This document shows, piece by piece, positions 27,455-40,375 of a DNA stretch of 64,000 nt. Under the pieces are notes generated by a model that was not told the DNA's origin, did no database searches, and was given only the letters and a program-made list of their open reading frames with translations. Origin of the DNA: Octopus sinensis. Lineage: Eukaryota. The stretch lies in assembly GCF_006345805.1 (NCBI RefSeq), contig NC_043004.1, forward strand, positions 107,136,001-107,200,000, read 5' to 3'. Position 1 is the first letter of the stretch; each line of letters opens with the position of its first letter. The translations under genes were made by a program, and so were the position numbers.

Positions 27455-28050
27455 TAGGGCCATCGCTAAGTCCCTACAACCCCTGCAGTCGCATGGGCCC
27501 TCCATGGTTGAGGGGCCCCATGTTAAGATCAAAGTACATAAATGAGTCATCTATTTGCTTTGGTTAAGATGTTGAACAAGAATTAAACTATGTTAACCGA
27601 AAATTTCAAGAAATAAAATGGTAATACACTGTACCTGCAAAAGTTCTTGCAAAAATATTACATTGTACCATGAACGTGTAGCAGACTTTGTGGATTGTCT
27701 ATGATATCTATTGAACACAAACTTAGCTCTCATCTTGATTATTCTGAACTGAACGATGATTCAGTGAAGTGAAAAGTGTGCCATGCTTGTCTTTGAAAGT
27801 TGCCTGGATTATAAAAGTTCTCTTTTATTCATATCTGGAAGTTTTACTTATTGAAATTTATAATAGACCTAAGTAAATTTAACTTCTTGTACTTCAAAAG
27901 ATGTTCTTTAGGATAACATGAAATATTGAGCTTCAGATAGAATAAAGTAAAATAGAATAAAAAGTGCGTAGATTATGAATTTTGATTGAAAGGATAGCGC
28001 CTGAGAACAAAAGTTGCAGGGGGCCTATAAAAGTCATGCAACGGAGTCCA
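27455..28050. mobile_element. Possible degenerate non-autonomous DNA transposon
   Basis: GC-rich subterminal blocks (tagggccatcgct...gggcccc; ttgcagggggcc...gcaacgg) flank an AT-rich interior; the TIRs are poor. Confidence 0.3.
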
Positions 28051-28452
28051 GGTACTGAAAATGTGACTGACACAATAAGATTTACAGCTGAGTGAGACCA
28101 AAGGATATCAAATTACTACATGAAAATTGATGCACTCTTTATTCCAGTAGCCCTTATCTACTATAATCCTGGTAAAAATAATAATCATCTAGAAATTCAG
28201 ACACATATGTACTAGAAATAGCAGCCTAATCTTATTGAAATAACAAATCTTAAATACAAATATGACATATTGAACAATGTGGTCCAAGATGCACATCTAA
28301 AGGTGGAATGGCCATGACTGGAATGCCTTTGATCAATAGTTTGCTCAATCGGAACTGAACTGGAGCACAGCAACAACAGCAGTGTGACAACAACTTCAGT
28401 AAAGGAGTCGGTTGCAGACAAAGACAAGCATATCTAGCTTCTCATTCTTCAG

Positions 28453-30609
28453 CATCATATCATCATTTCAACAACCACATTTCCATGCTTATATGGACAG
28501 GAGAGGCAGACCTTTTTATGGCTGAATGCCCTTCCTGTCACTAACTCTCACCTGACTCCAAGTAAGGTTGGCAATGAGCACTGCTAACACTCATGTACAC
28601 ATAAACACACATGCAGTGCACACACACACACACACACGATAGGCTTCTTTTAGTTACCATTACCAAATCAACTCACAAGGCTTTGTCCAGTCTAGAGCTA
28701 TAGTGGATGACACTTGCCCAAGGTGCCATGCAATGGCACCTGAACCTGAAACTATGCAAGTTTCCTGAACCTGAAACCATGCAAATTTCCTGAACCTGAA
28801 ACCATGCAAATTTCCTGAACCTGAAACCATGCAAATTTCCTGAACCTGAAACCATGCAAATTTCCTGAACCTGAAACCATGCAAATTTCCTGAACCTGAA
28901 ACTATGCAAGTTTCCTGAACCTGAAACCATGCAAATTTCCTGAACCTGAAACTATGCAAATTTCCTGAACCTGAAACCATGCAAATTTCCTGAACCTGAA
29001 ACCATGCAAATTTCCTGAACCTGAAACCATGCAAATTTCCTGAACCTGAAACCATGCAAATTTCCTGAACCTGAAACCATGCAAATTTCCTGAACCTGAA
29101 ACTATGCAAGTTTCCTGAACCTGAAACCATGCAAATTTCCTGAACCTGAAACTATGCAAGTTTCCTGAACCTGAAACCATGCAAATTTCCTGAACCTGAA
29201 ACCATGCAAATTTCCTGAACCTGAAACTATGCAAATTTCCTGAACCTGAAACCATGCAAATTTCCTGAACCTGAAACTATGCAAGTTTCCTGAACCTGAA
29301 ACCATGCAAATTTCCTGAACCTGAAACCATGCAAATTTCCTGAACCTGAAACCATGCAAATTTCCTGAACCTGAAACCATGCAAATTTCCTGAACCTGAA
29401 ACCATGCAAATTTCCTGAACCTGAAACTATGCAAGTTTCCTGAACCTGAAACCATGCAAATTTCCTGAACCTGAAACTATGCAAGTTTCCTGAACCTGAA
29501 ACCATGCAAATTTCCTGAACCTGAAACCATGCAAATTTCCTGAACCTGAAACTATGCAAATTTCCTGAACCTGAAACCATGCAAATTTCCTGAACCTGAA
29601 ACTATGCAAGTTTCCTGAACCTGAAACCATGCAAATTTCCTGAACCTGAAACCATGCAAATTTCCTGAACCTGAAACCATGCAAATTTCCTGAACCTGAA
29701 ACTATGCAAGTTTCCTGAACCTGAAACCATGCAAATTTCCTGAACCTGAAACTATGCAAGTTTCCTGAACCTGAAACCATGCAAATTTCCTGAACCTGAA
29801 ACCATGCAAATTTCCTGAACCTGAAACTATGCAAATTTCCTGAACCTGAAACCATGCAAATTTCCTGAACCTGAAACTATGCAAGTTTCCTGAACCTGAA
29901 ACCATGCAAATTTCCTGAACCTGAAACCATGCAAATTTCCTGAACCTGAAACCATGCAAATTTCCTGAACCTGAAACCATGCAAATTTCCTGAACCTGAA
30001 ACCATGCAAATTTCCTGAACCTGAAACCATGCAAATTTCCTGAACCTGAAACTATGCAAGTTTCCTGAACCTGAAACCATGCAAATTTCCTGAACCTGAA
30101 ACCATGCAAATTTCCTGAACCTGAAACTATGCAAGTTTCCTGAACCTGAAACCATGCAAATTTCCTGAACCTGAAACTATGCAAGTTTCCTGAACCTGAA
30201 ACCATGCAAATTTCCTGAACCTGAAACCATGCAAATTTCCTGAACCTGAAACTATGCAAGTTTCCTGAACCTGAAACCATGCAAATTTCCTGAACCTGAA
30301 ACCATGCAAATTTCCTGAACCTGAAACCATGCAAATTTCCTGAACCTGAAACTATGCAAGTTTCCTGAACCTGAAACCATGCAAATTTCCTGAACCTGAA
30401 ACCATGCAAATTTCCTGAACCTGAAACTATGCAAGTTTCCTGAACCTGAAACCATGCAAATTTCCTGAACCTGAAACCATGCAAATTTCCTGAACCTGAA
30501 ACTATGCAAGTTTCCTGAACCTGAAACCATGCAAATTTCCTGAACCTGAAACTATGCAAGTTTCCTGAACCTGAAACCATGCAAATTTCCTACCTCACAT
30601 CCATGCCTA
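28453..30609 (-). mobile_element. Family-A-head / RTE-tail composite SINE hosting the 25-bp satellite inside its tRNA-like head
   Basis: 28453-28740 is the RTE-like tail, (CA)n and core (gacacttgcccaaggtgccatgca). After the array the sequence resumes as tacctcacatccatgcctac, resembling the SINE 5' end (ttaccacacagccatgcct) seen in other copies. Confidence 0.8.
28741..30590. repeat. Tandem satellite, 74 x 25 bp (tgaacctgaaac[c/t]atgcaa[a/g]tttcc), embedded in a SINE head
   Basis: 1850 bp equals exactly 74 units with no indels (the phase recurs every 300 bp). Three unit variants are present. Confidence 0.98.
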
Positions 30610-32664
30610 CACCTTGTTAATGTTAATGAATTGAAACCATAGCCCCATTTCCACAGCTATTTACATTTCCACTGATACTTGTTTAAGCCAATAAAACACA
30701 ACAGAATAATGTCATGCTTCTAGTTTCCTTGTAGATGCAGATTTGACAGCACAAACAATTGTATAACACCAGTTTTGGATACAAGTTGGATAGATTTGTG
30801 ATACAAGTGTTATCCAGGTTTCGATCACCTGACAAATCATTTGCAGGTGTAATTCAACTACATCCCAAGATTCCTTTGATCCACCTCTCTATAACTGCCA
30901 CCTTCAACACACCCACCATTTATCCAACTCACTTCATGATACTGCTAGTAAGTGGGTAACTTAACTAAGAGCAGAAGCACTTGTCATTTGCAGTTGAACA
31001 GCAAATGCCTTAAGGAATACTTTTTCATGATACAGAATTCGCAATGGTATTGTAAACATGTGATTTGAGAAATTAACACTATAGCAGTTGGGCATATTTT
31101 TTTGTTTAGCACCAAGGCAGTTCTGATCAAGTAAGCTTTCCAGCCACAAGGAAAAGCCAATGAGATTATTGAGTTTACAATTAAACAACGGCACATGGCT
31201 GTTATGTACTGATTCACAATGCCATACACGAAGCCATCTTATGATAATCTAGTAACTGAAAATACTCCTAGCATTAGATGAGTTACAGCTGAGATATCAA
31301 ACTAACACATGAAAGGTGTTGTGTATTTTATCTCACCATCCCTTATCTTATACATCCATGATAAAATAGATATAGTAAACATCATCATCTACAAACAAAC
31401 CAATAACTGCTCTTCACTGCTTGTTGTGAACAGTAAGAGTTGTCTTCCCATGGGTATTAATAAAGGACTTAAAAGGGAACAGGCTTTGCAAGGCCGCCTT
31501 ACTTGATATACACTACATGGAGACAATGTTTGGAAGTGGTCTTTCAATAACTAAATAAGTTCAGGGACTCACCATGATATTAGTATTACAGCAGTAATAT
31601 CTGCTGCTGCTGTTGCTACTACTACTACAACAACAAAGCAGTGAACCTCTAAACATATTTTATATATTTCATAATGTTTCAAAAACACTGTTACTAATGT
31701 TAATACAACTAAATCTACAACAGAGATTGCTGCCTTTAACACCGTTTATAATACTACCGATAATATTAGTCACTACAACAATTACTGCTGCTGTTACTAC
31801 TACTACTACTACTGTTGCTGACAGAAACTTGCTTTTGAATCAAATATTCTTTCAATACATTGTATATATTGTTGATGCTGTTGGTGGTGATACTGGTGCT
31901 GTTACTGCTGCGCCTAACACTGCTACTGCTACTACTACTAATAATAATAATAATAACAACAATAATATAATATAATTACAATTGTTGTTATTACCAGGTC
32001 CAATAGAGGAGATAGTAGCAGGTACGGCAAACACCTCTAGCTTTTAATTGTTGACTTTAATGAATCTAAAAGTATAGGTCTGTTTCCAAAGATATCACTT
32101 CTCCAATAATAGCAGTTTAAGCCAACAAAATGCTATAGAACAATGTCATGCTTCCAGTTTCATTGTGACAACAAGCAGATTCGCAGCACAAACAGATTTG
32201 TTGTATAACACCAGTTGTGGATGTTCAAACACTTTCAGTGAACAACAATGGCAATTATTTAACGAGGAGAAAATCTACAGTAAATATAGATTGACACTTA
32301 ATAGCGAAAAGACAAGATCACATTTTCCCAGCAGTTAAGATTGTTAGACATACCAAACACAAAGGAAAGAAGCTAAGCTTTATATGCATAAATGTTTTGA
32401 CTAAGTTATTTATAAGTTATAACAGAATTAACTTTCAGATTGACAAACCAACAAAGGAACCAGCAAGGGTTCAACTGATCCACCAGAAATAACAAGCAAA
32501 TTTCCCTAAAACCTTCCCATCTTATGAAACATGTCAAGTAATGCAGCCCTAGAAAGATTACAATATTACAAATGAAAAAATAAAAAAGACAGATGGTCAC
32601 AGTTGGAACATTGTTGATTCTAAGGTCTGCTAAATTTCAAGCCATGTGCTGAGGTTAGAAACAA

Positions 32665-33035
32665 TGGCAGAATCATTAGTACATCGCAAAAAATACTTAG
32701 TAGCATTTCTCCTTATTCTTGATATTCTGAGTTCAAACTCCACCAAGGATGACTTTGCCTTTCACCCTTTCAAGGTCCATAAGATAAAATACTAGTCAAG
32801 CATTGGGACTGATGTAATCAACTATGCTCCCCTGAAAATGCTGGCTTTGTGCCAAAATTTGAAACCATTAGAATCATTAGTACATCAGACAAAAGGTATA
32901 GTGACATTTTGTCTGTCATCACACTCTGAGTTCAAGTTCTGCCAAGGCTGACTATCTTTCATCCTTTCAGGGTCAATGTGATTGACCAGCACTCTTCCCC
33001 AAAATTTCAGGCCTTGTGCCTATAATAGAAAGAAT
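32665..33035 (+). mobile_element. Two tandem family B SINE copies
   Basis: Two successive agaatcattagtacatc...gagttcaa...ttcaccctttc/ttcatcctttc units. Confidence 0.7.
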
Positions 33036-33789
33036 TACCATTATTAGCAGAATCACTGGAGTGTAAGACAAAATTTTCTTGCTCTATTTGCTCCAGTTCA
33101 AACCCTGCTAAATTAGACTTTGCCTTTCATTCAGTCATAGTCAAAAAATGAACCAATCCAAGAACTAATTTCCTGTTCCCTACCCAGCAAATTTAAAGCA
33201 TCCTGTCTATGTTAGAAATCACTGTAATTAATAGTGTAAAAATGTGTGGCTTTGTGGTTAAGGCATTCAACTCCTCACAACTATTGATTCCTGGGTGGGG
33301 GGCACATTGTGTCCTTGAGCAAGACACATTATTTCCTGTTGCTCTAATCCACTCAACTGGCAAAAATGGGTTGTGCCTCTAAGTCCAAAGGGCCAGTCAT
33401 GTCACATTCTGTGTCACACTCCTGGATCTCTCTGAGCTACATTAAGGATATGCATGACTGTGGAGTGCTCAGCCACTTGCACCATAATTCCATGAGTTGG
33501 CTGTTTGGTTGATTGTATCAACTGGGACCCTCGTTGTCATAATCATGGAATGCCAGTTAAAATTAATATTAGCAGAAATAAAGACAATGGAATAGTAAAA
33601 AGTAGATTACAAGACTAAACGTTTTGTAGTGCTTCGTGGCGAACTCTAGATTCTGAATTTAAATCCTGCCAGGTGTAAATCTGAGTTGATAAAATGAACA
33701 CTAGTTCTATACTTGTACTGATTTGGTATCCTACACTAGTTCTATGAAATTTGTAGTCTTATGCGAAATGAGAGAAGTCATCGAGTTAT

Positions 33790-34018
33790 TTAACCCTTCG
33801 GCATTTGAACCAGCCATATCCGGCCAAAAGTATTCTGCCTGTTTTATGTTCAAACTGACCAGATCTGGTCTCTCACACCAATCCTACAATATTGTTTTAA
33901 AAATTAACAGCTACCTCATCAAAATCTCATAGCTACAAGATAATGCATGATTAGTTCTAATCAATATGGGTAAAAAAGCATTGATTTTGGCAGAATAATG
34001 CGAACACTAAAGGGTTAA
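33790..34018. mobile_element. piggyBac-type MITE (TTAA-CCCTT...AAGGG-TTAA)
   Basis: TTAA on both sides with CCCTT/AAGGG termini; homologous to 50065-50288 and 62075-62300 in the opposite orientation. Confidence 0.8.
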
Positions 34019-34044
34019 AAATACTACCCACTATGACTGCGTGA

Positions 34045-34378
34045 TTAAAAAGCTTGCTTTGCAACCATGCAGTTTTAGGTTCAGTTCCACTGCGAGGCAC
34101 CTTGGGCAAGTGTCTTCGCCTACAGCACAGGAAGACCAAAGCCTTGTGAGTGGATCTGGTAGGCAGAAACTGTGTGAAAGCTCATGTGTGTGTGCACACA
34201 CATGTCCCACACACACACACACACACCGCTTGAAACTAGAGTTGGTTTGAGACCAGTTAGACAAGTACCAGGCTAAAAAACAAAAGTACTGGGGTTAATT
34301 TGTTTGACTACACCCTTAAAATGTGGTGCCCCAGTTTGGCCACAGTCCAATGACTTGAAGTCAGTAAAAGATAAAGAC
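34045..34378 (+). mobile_element. Family A SINE
   Basis: Head and core gcaccttgggcaagtgtcttc, (CA)n, tail 1. Confidence 0.75.
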
Positions 34379-35494
34379 TAGTATAAACATGTGACGCACA
34401 AGAAAGATGATAGTCATGTGGAAAGTGCCAAACATTGTAAGTAGAATAGATATGCAGAAGAAGACATGGGAAGCAAGGACTGATCTTGGAATATTAAACT
34501 TCACAGAGAAGACAGAGGACTGCAACAAGTAAAAAGATGCTGTGTTGAAATTGACCAATTCGATGCATGCATATTAGGAAAAATGGATGCAGAAGGGATG
34601 ATGACAACAATGATAATGATGATGATGAACAACAATGATGGTGATCAAGTGATATAATGCACACAAATACAGTTAAATATATGCCTGCACATATGTTTAA
34701 TATGTGGATGGGACTGCATGTGGGTGTGTGAGAGAGAGTGTGTGTGTGTGTGAGCGCACATGCCTCAGTCCAATCCATGATATAATGAAAAATATACCAT
34801 AAAGATGATGATAATGATATGACAATAGCGATGACCTTTCTTTTACCGCAACCAAGAAACATGGGAGCGTGTACATATGTGATGAATGCAGACAAATGAG
34901 ATGAATGCATAAGTATGTGTGGCTGCATCCATAAATGCTTACACATATTCTCAGATGCACACATGCGCGTTATATGCAAATTTTGACTGCAGCTACTGGT
35001 AACTGATGCTTTATTCCCAAGAGTAAGACAAATTTATTGATTAATAATCCTTTAGCCAATCCAGCATTCCTAATGGTTGATTTAACTGAACATAATAGCT
35101 TTGCTTAGTCATTCCACTTTGCTAGCCCAAGTCTGCATTGCCACCATATATGGGCATTGTTATTTGCCAGCATACTTGAAGACACTGAACTGCTCAGAAC
35201 ACTGCTACAACAAGCATGAAACATCAATGTTAGAGAAAGAAGTGAATTTGATGAACAGATGCCATAAGCATGTGACTATATTGGTAAGCAGAATAACAGT
35301 GGATGGAAATTGGCCTGGAATGATATAATAAGCATAAATTAGAAGTTATTGGATACATTATGGAAGCTAGATGCAGTCAAGACAAATCAATGATTTAATA
35401 GAAAATACAAGTATTTTTACAGAAATACTTGTATTGTTAAAAATTGAATTTTAATGTTTTACTGTTCTTTTGACCTATCACTATGTTGAGGTGA

Positions 35495-35862
35495 ATTTTC
35501 GAAAGCTGCATGCCCTTCCTCTCACCAACCCATACCTGTTTCCAAGTAAGATAATATTTCCCTATGACCAGGCACGTCTCAGAACATTGGAAATGAAGGA
35601 CACCGATCACATGATGGTCACACTTGCTTAAAACTACAATGCAGTGTCAAGGCAAAGCCACAATAACACAGAAACACACGCACACACATAAATACACACA
35701 CACACACAACAAGCCTTTTTCAGTTTTCATCTACCAAATCCACTCACAAGGCTTTGGTCAGCCTAGGACACTGTAGAAGACACTCACCCACTTGCTACAC
35801 AGTGGGACTGAACCTGAAACCATGTAGCTGAGAAATAAACTTCTTACCATGCAGCCATGCCT
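35495..35862 (-). mobile_element. Family A head + RTE-related tail composite SINE
   Basis: Same module order on the minus strand. Confidence 0.7.
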
Positions 35863-36631
35863 ATACTTATACCCATTACAAACAATAAACCATTTCAACT
35901 CCAACTGGCACAAGTACTCAAATTTGAACTCAGATCTTTCACTGTGATCTCATTAATACATGCAACATAAGTAAACATTTCTCTTTTAAAAAGTTGAATG
36001 TTAGTTATTGTACTAAACCGGTTATAATTCTTAATTACTCGGAAAATTAAAATACAGAAGCGGTACATTCTGGTAAGAAATCTCATGACAAAGAGTTTTA
36101 CCACAGAACTCAAAACTGAAGGATTAAAATGTGAATATGTATTAGTTACCCCACCATCACCCTACCCTAAAAGCATACATATATTTGCATTTGTTCTATA
36201 AGATTTATACCATTGAGATATTTGCATTATGTACTTGGAGTTACTGCACCAAATTGAAAATCAAGTTTAGAGACCTTTGATACAGTCAAAGTTCAAGAGA
36301 TGTATAATGAATGCAATCTGCTTTCGTAAAGTAGGCTGCATAAATAAGGCTGAAAACCCATTTGGACTTTAGATATGTATATCTTGAAAAAACCAACAAG
36401 TCAGGTTTATGTTTAAATAACATACTGGTGCCTAAACAACGTGTCTCAGCACAGTGATGAATCCAATCTGTTATCTACATATAGCATAGCCATAAATTAA
36501 TGTATATCATGGTTTAAATAAGGTAAAAAAAAAGTTTTAAAAAAAGTTTTTAAAAAAATTTCTTTTAATCAGTAACTTTAATGATTAATTCTGGGCAAGA
36601 TAGTCAAGACAGACATATCCTAAATGTAAAT

Positions 36632-36799
36632 TACCATATTTCAACTAGTACAAGGAACCCCTTTTTGTCAAAAATTAGGTTTAAAAAAAAGGGAGTTTTT
36701 TTTATACATGGATAGTATTTATAATCCCTTACAAAACCATTTTTTCAAATTTTAAGCCCAAAAAATTAGGGGGTTCCTTATACACATTAAAACAAGGTA
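36632..36799. mobile_element. pogo/Tc1-like MITE with ~30-bp imperfect TIRs
   Basis: Left end taccatatttcaactagtacaaggaacccc versus reverse-complemented right end taccttgttttaatgtgtataaggaacccc; TA termini. Confidence 0.6.
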
Positions 36800-37829
36800 A
36801 TAAAAATTTTATGGGTGAAAGCATGAAGTATGGATTGAGTCTGACCTTTGGTAGGTATACTGACAATTCAGGACATGTTTTGGCCTTCATATGTCTCAGC
36901 TATGTACAGTCTTGTTATTAGTTACCAGGCACTAGATAACAGAGATGTAACTACTTGGAACAAGTGAACATTGACAGGTGTGGATATCAGTTACATCTTA
37001 GGAAACTTCTGAGCATTTGGAAGAATTACCCCATGAGTGCTTCCACTGCTTGCTACTCAGGTAATTCTGTTATATATGAAGTCCTCAGTCAGCCTACCTG
37101 TAATCCCACTTGCACCTCCTGCACACTCACAATTTGTAGATATTACAGAGTTCTGTCCTATGTTCCAAAGTTACATTGAACATAGCCACCATATCACAGA
37201 TGAACAAATATTCACACTCAGACATGTACAAACACACACGGCTGTTACAAGCAATAGTTTATCACAAAATTACACATTGTTAAACGTGTAATCACCTTAA
37301 TTGAATAGTCTCTTTTAATTATAGGTTAATTGTTTAATCTAGTGGGAAGATAAGTGAGGCCTTAGATATACTTAGCTGTTTTTTGTAGAAGAAAGAGAGA
37401 AGCTTTTAACTAAATACTGTAGAGTCTTTAGTCTAGCACTCTGTTTCTTTCTTCTATTCTGTCAGCATAGAGGCCTTACATAATATAAATGAGAGAAGAC
37501 TGATGTCTCAGACGTAGGCATATTTGTTATGAACACAAAGAATATACAAATATCCTCACTTTCAGCATAGATTAATGATTAGTAGTTAAGCTGAAAGAAA
37601 TGTTTATCAGAGAAGGAATCACAATGAGGAACAAGTGGAAACTGATAAAACATTTCAGTAAATGTTAGCATTCATTCAACAGTTTGAGAAAGTGAGATAA
37701 TTCACATCATGTAGAGAATGGCTGAATATTTCTAAGGTATAGTTATGTAGGTGAAAGAATATCTAATGATTGAACTTAAAGCAGCTAAAATATTTACATA
37801 CAAGGTTAAAGAGAAATTAATGTTTTCCA

Positions 37830-37995
37830 ATATAGGCACTAGGCCAGCAATTTTGAAGGGATGGAGTTAGTGAATATCATCAACCTCAGTACTTAGATTG
37901 GTAGGTTATTTTATTGACCCTGAATGGATGGAAGGCAAAGTTGTTCTTGGCAAGATTTGAAATCAGAATGTAAAGAATCACAACAAATACCACAT
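37830..37995 (-). mobile_element. Family B SINE, diverged
   Basis: ttattgaccctgaatggatggaaggcaaagttg. Confidence 0.6.
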
Positions 37996-39217
37996 AGCAA
38001 AAAAGACAATACAATACAAATATAACGTAACAGAGTGAATACCAAGACTTAGTATCAAAGAATTGGACTTGCTAAAAAGTACAGGAAAACAGCAGACAAG
38101 AACTCAATATTATACAGCAAATATTTTCAGTCGTTGTTCTATGACACGTGTGCCACAGCATATTTATGTGCTGTGTATGGTCTGCAAGTGTGCCACTAGT
38201 TTTTGAAACAAGTTGAAAAATACTAGAATATTTAGAAAAACTTGAATGCTTTCAATGAATCACACTGGTGCATGTGATTTGCAAACTAGCTTAACATTAA
38301 TTTATACATAAAACTTGAAATGTTAGTGGTGTGCCATAGCACTTATAACGCCTTTTTCAGAGTAAGAAATCTATCAATATAAACTGAAGATCATAGTCTA
38401 CTAAGATTGCTTGGTGAAAATAATACAAAAGTTATCAAACTGAAATAATAAGCCACGGAGTTGGAATTGTGATAAGAGAGTGATAGGAAGTGAAGTTAGA
38501 TTAAAGTTTCGAGAACTACTACGATCACTGAACAAAAGATGTCACCTTCTGTATTGAATGGCAACTCTGTGAGACATTCAAAGATTGTGATACAGAATTA
38601 TACTAAAACAGATGTAAAGAAATGCAGAGGATCAAGTAAGATAGTATTAATTGAGGTTGATCTATTGGATGTGTAATTTAACTAAGAACAGTTAACTACA
38701 AACCAGTTGAGAGAAGTAATAGGTCATCAAGGATATTGATCAACGTATGAGAAGTCATATTACAAGGTGAGTGCAAAAAGCACTGGTGAGTAGATGGTGG
38801 AAGGTACTTGGATTAAAGAGGGGCATAATCAATTTTGTTTGCCTTTAGTCAACATAATGCTATATACATTACCACAATTTCTAATTGATCAAACTGGCAA
38901 AGCCAACATGCATGCCTACACATGTATATGCACACACATATATAAACATACATATATAATGTACACACACACACACACAACACACACACAATAATGCATG
39001 GAGAAATTCTGCCCAACAAATTTTTCTAACCTATAAAATCGTAAAAATAACCAATGAAACATTAAATCAGTAAAAACAATGATTCAGTGCAAGGGGAAAA
39101 AACACAAAACCTATATGTAAGCCCTCACCTACAAGAATTGCTTCTTTTGTACTGTTGGTTCTTTCCATTTAGAGCATTTTAAAACCACCACCTCTTCAGG
39201 CACCTCACATACACAAC

Positions 39218-39248
<31 letters not shown>

Positions 39249-39477
39249 TCTAGTGCACAATTAAAAATATACATAAGAACTTCATTATAGATTAGTAAAT
39301 ATTTTCATACTGATAATGCAAAGAATCATATTTATTCTTTTGTTTAGCATCTATTTTTTTCATATTACATGGGTTTAGACTGAGATTACTTTGAAACAAG
39401 ATTTTACACTTAGATACTCTCTGTCGACAACTTTTACCTGTTTACAAGTAAAAGATTTTTATTATTATTGTTCCAAA

Positions 39478-39680
39478 GGTGGGAGAGCTGGCAGAATTGT
39501 TAGCACACTGGGTGAAATGCTTAGCAGTATTTCATCTGTCGCTACGTTCTGAGTTCAAATTCCGCCAAAAGTCAACTTTGCCTTTCATCCTTTCAGGGTT
39601 GATAAATTAAGTACCAGCAAAACATTGGGATCAAGGTAATCAATTAGTCTCCCCCATCAAAATTTCAAACCTTTAGCTTA
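39478..39680 (+). mobile_element. Family B SINE, young
   Basis: gagctggcagaattgttagc...gctacgttctgagttcaaattccgcc...gcctttcatcctttcagggttgataaattaagtaccag. Confidence 0.85.
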
Positions 39681-39694
39681 TAGAAGAAAGGATG

Positions 39695-39726
<32 letters not shown>

Positions 39727-39727
<1 letters not shown>

Positions 39728-40136
39728 GAGTGACAGATCTGTGCATGCCATCAGTGACATTGGGGTAAAGTATACAAAGCCCAACATACTCATCATGACT
39801 ACCCATCCGATAAGGGTACACCAGGCACATGCATCACAACCATATGTGCACGACATGGTGATCTCATATCAAGATAAACAGCACATGGCCTTGCAGGTGG
39901 GGGACCAGTTTCTTCAGATCGAGTAGCCCATCCCACTCAAAAGGTGCCTGAATAAGAGTTTAAGGACATTGAACAAAACACCCACGTTTCCAGAAGTGAA
40001 TTATTCAAACCCCAAAGAATTACTCTTGACACATGGCTATGATGCTCCCCCATTACTTCTGCTTAAGATCAGAGATGCACATATCATCAGCCACTAAGGG
40101 ACCAGCATATTTGCTGTAGCCCATCTTTTATATCAA
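39727..40136 (-). mobile_element. Truncated, internally deleted copy of the 51114-51655 element, flanked by (ATT)n on both sides
   Basis: Shares gggtacaccaggcacatgcatcacaaccatatgtg and other blocks with the longer copy; (att)n at about 39696-39726 and 40136-40162. Confidence 0.8.
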
Positions 40137-40165
40137 TTATTATTATTATTATTATTATTATTCCA

Positions 40166-40375
40166 AAGGTGGCAGCTGGAAGAATCATTAGCATGGTGGG
40201 CAAAATGCTTTCTTCTGGTATTTTGTCCATCTTTAGATTCTAATTTCAAATTCTGCTGAGGTTGCCGTTGCCTCTCATCCTTTCTGAGTTGATATGTACC
40301 AATCAAGTAAGATGTGATCGACTTTCCCCTTCCCCAAAATTTCAGGTTTTGTGTCTAAAGTAGAAAGAATTATTA
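40166..40375 (+). mobile_element. Family B SINE, diverged
   Basis: Same consensus, preceded by (ATT)n. Confidence 0.7.

Noticed and set aside
28660-30580. Many overlapping minus-strand ORFs (MVSGSGNLHSFRFRKFAWFQVQE...)
   Set aside because: They are translations of the 25-bp satellite cycling through three frames; no coding evidence.
28741-30590. CRISPR-like array
   Set aside because: Units are head-to-tail with no unique spacers, there are no cas genes, and the context is eukaryotic.
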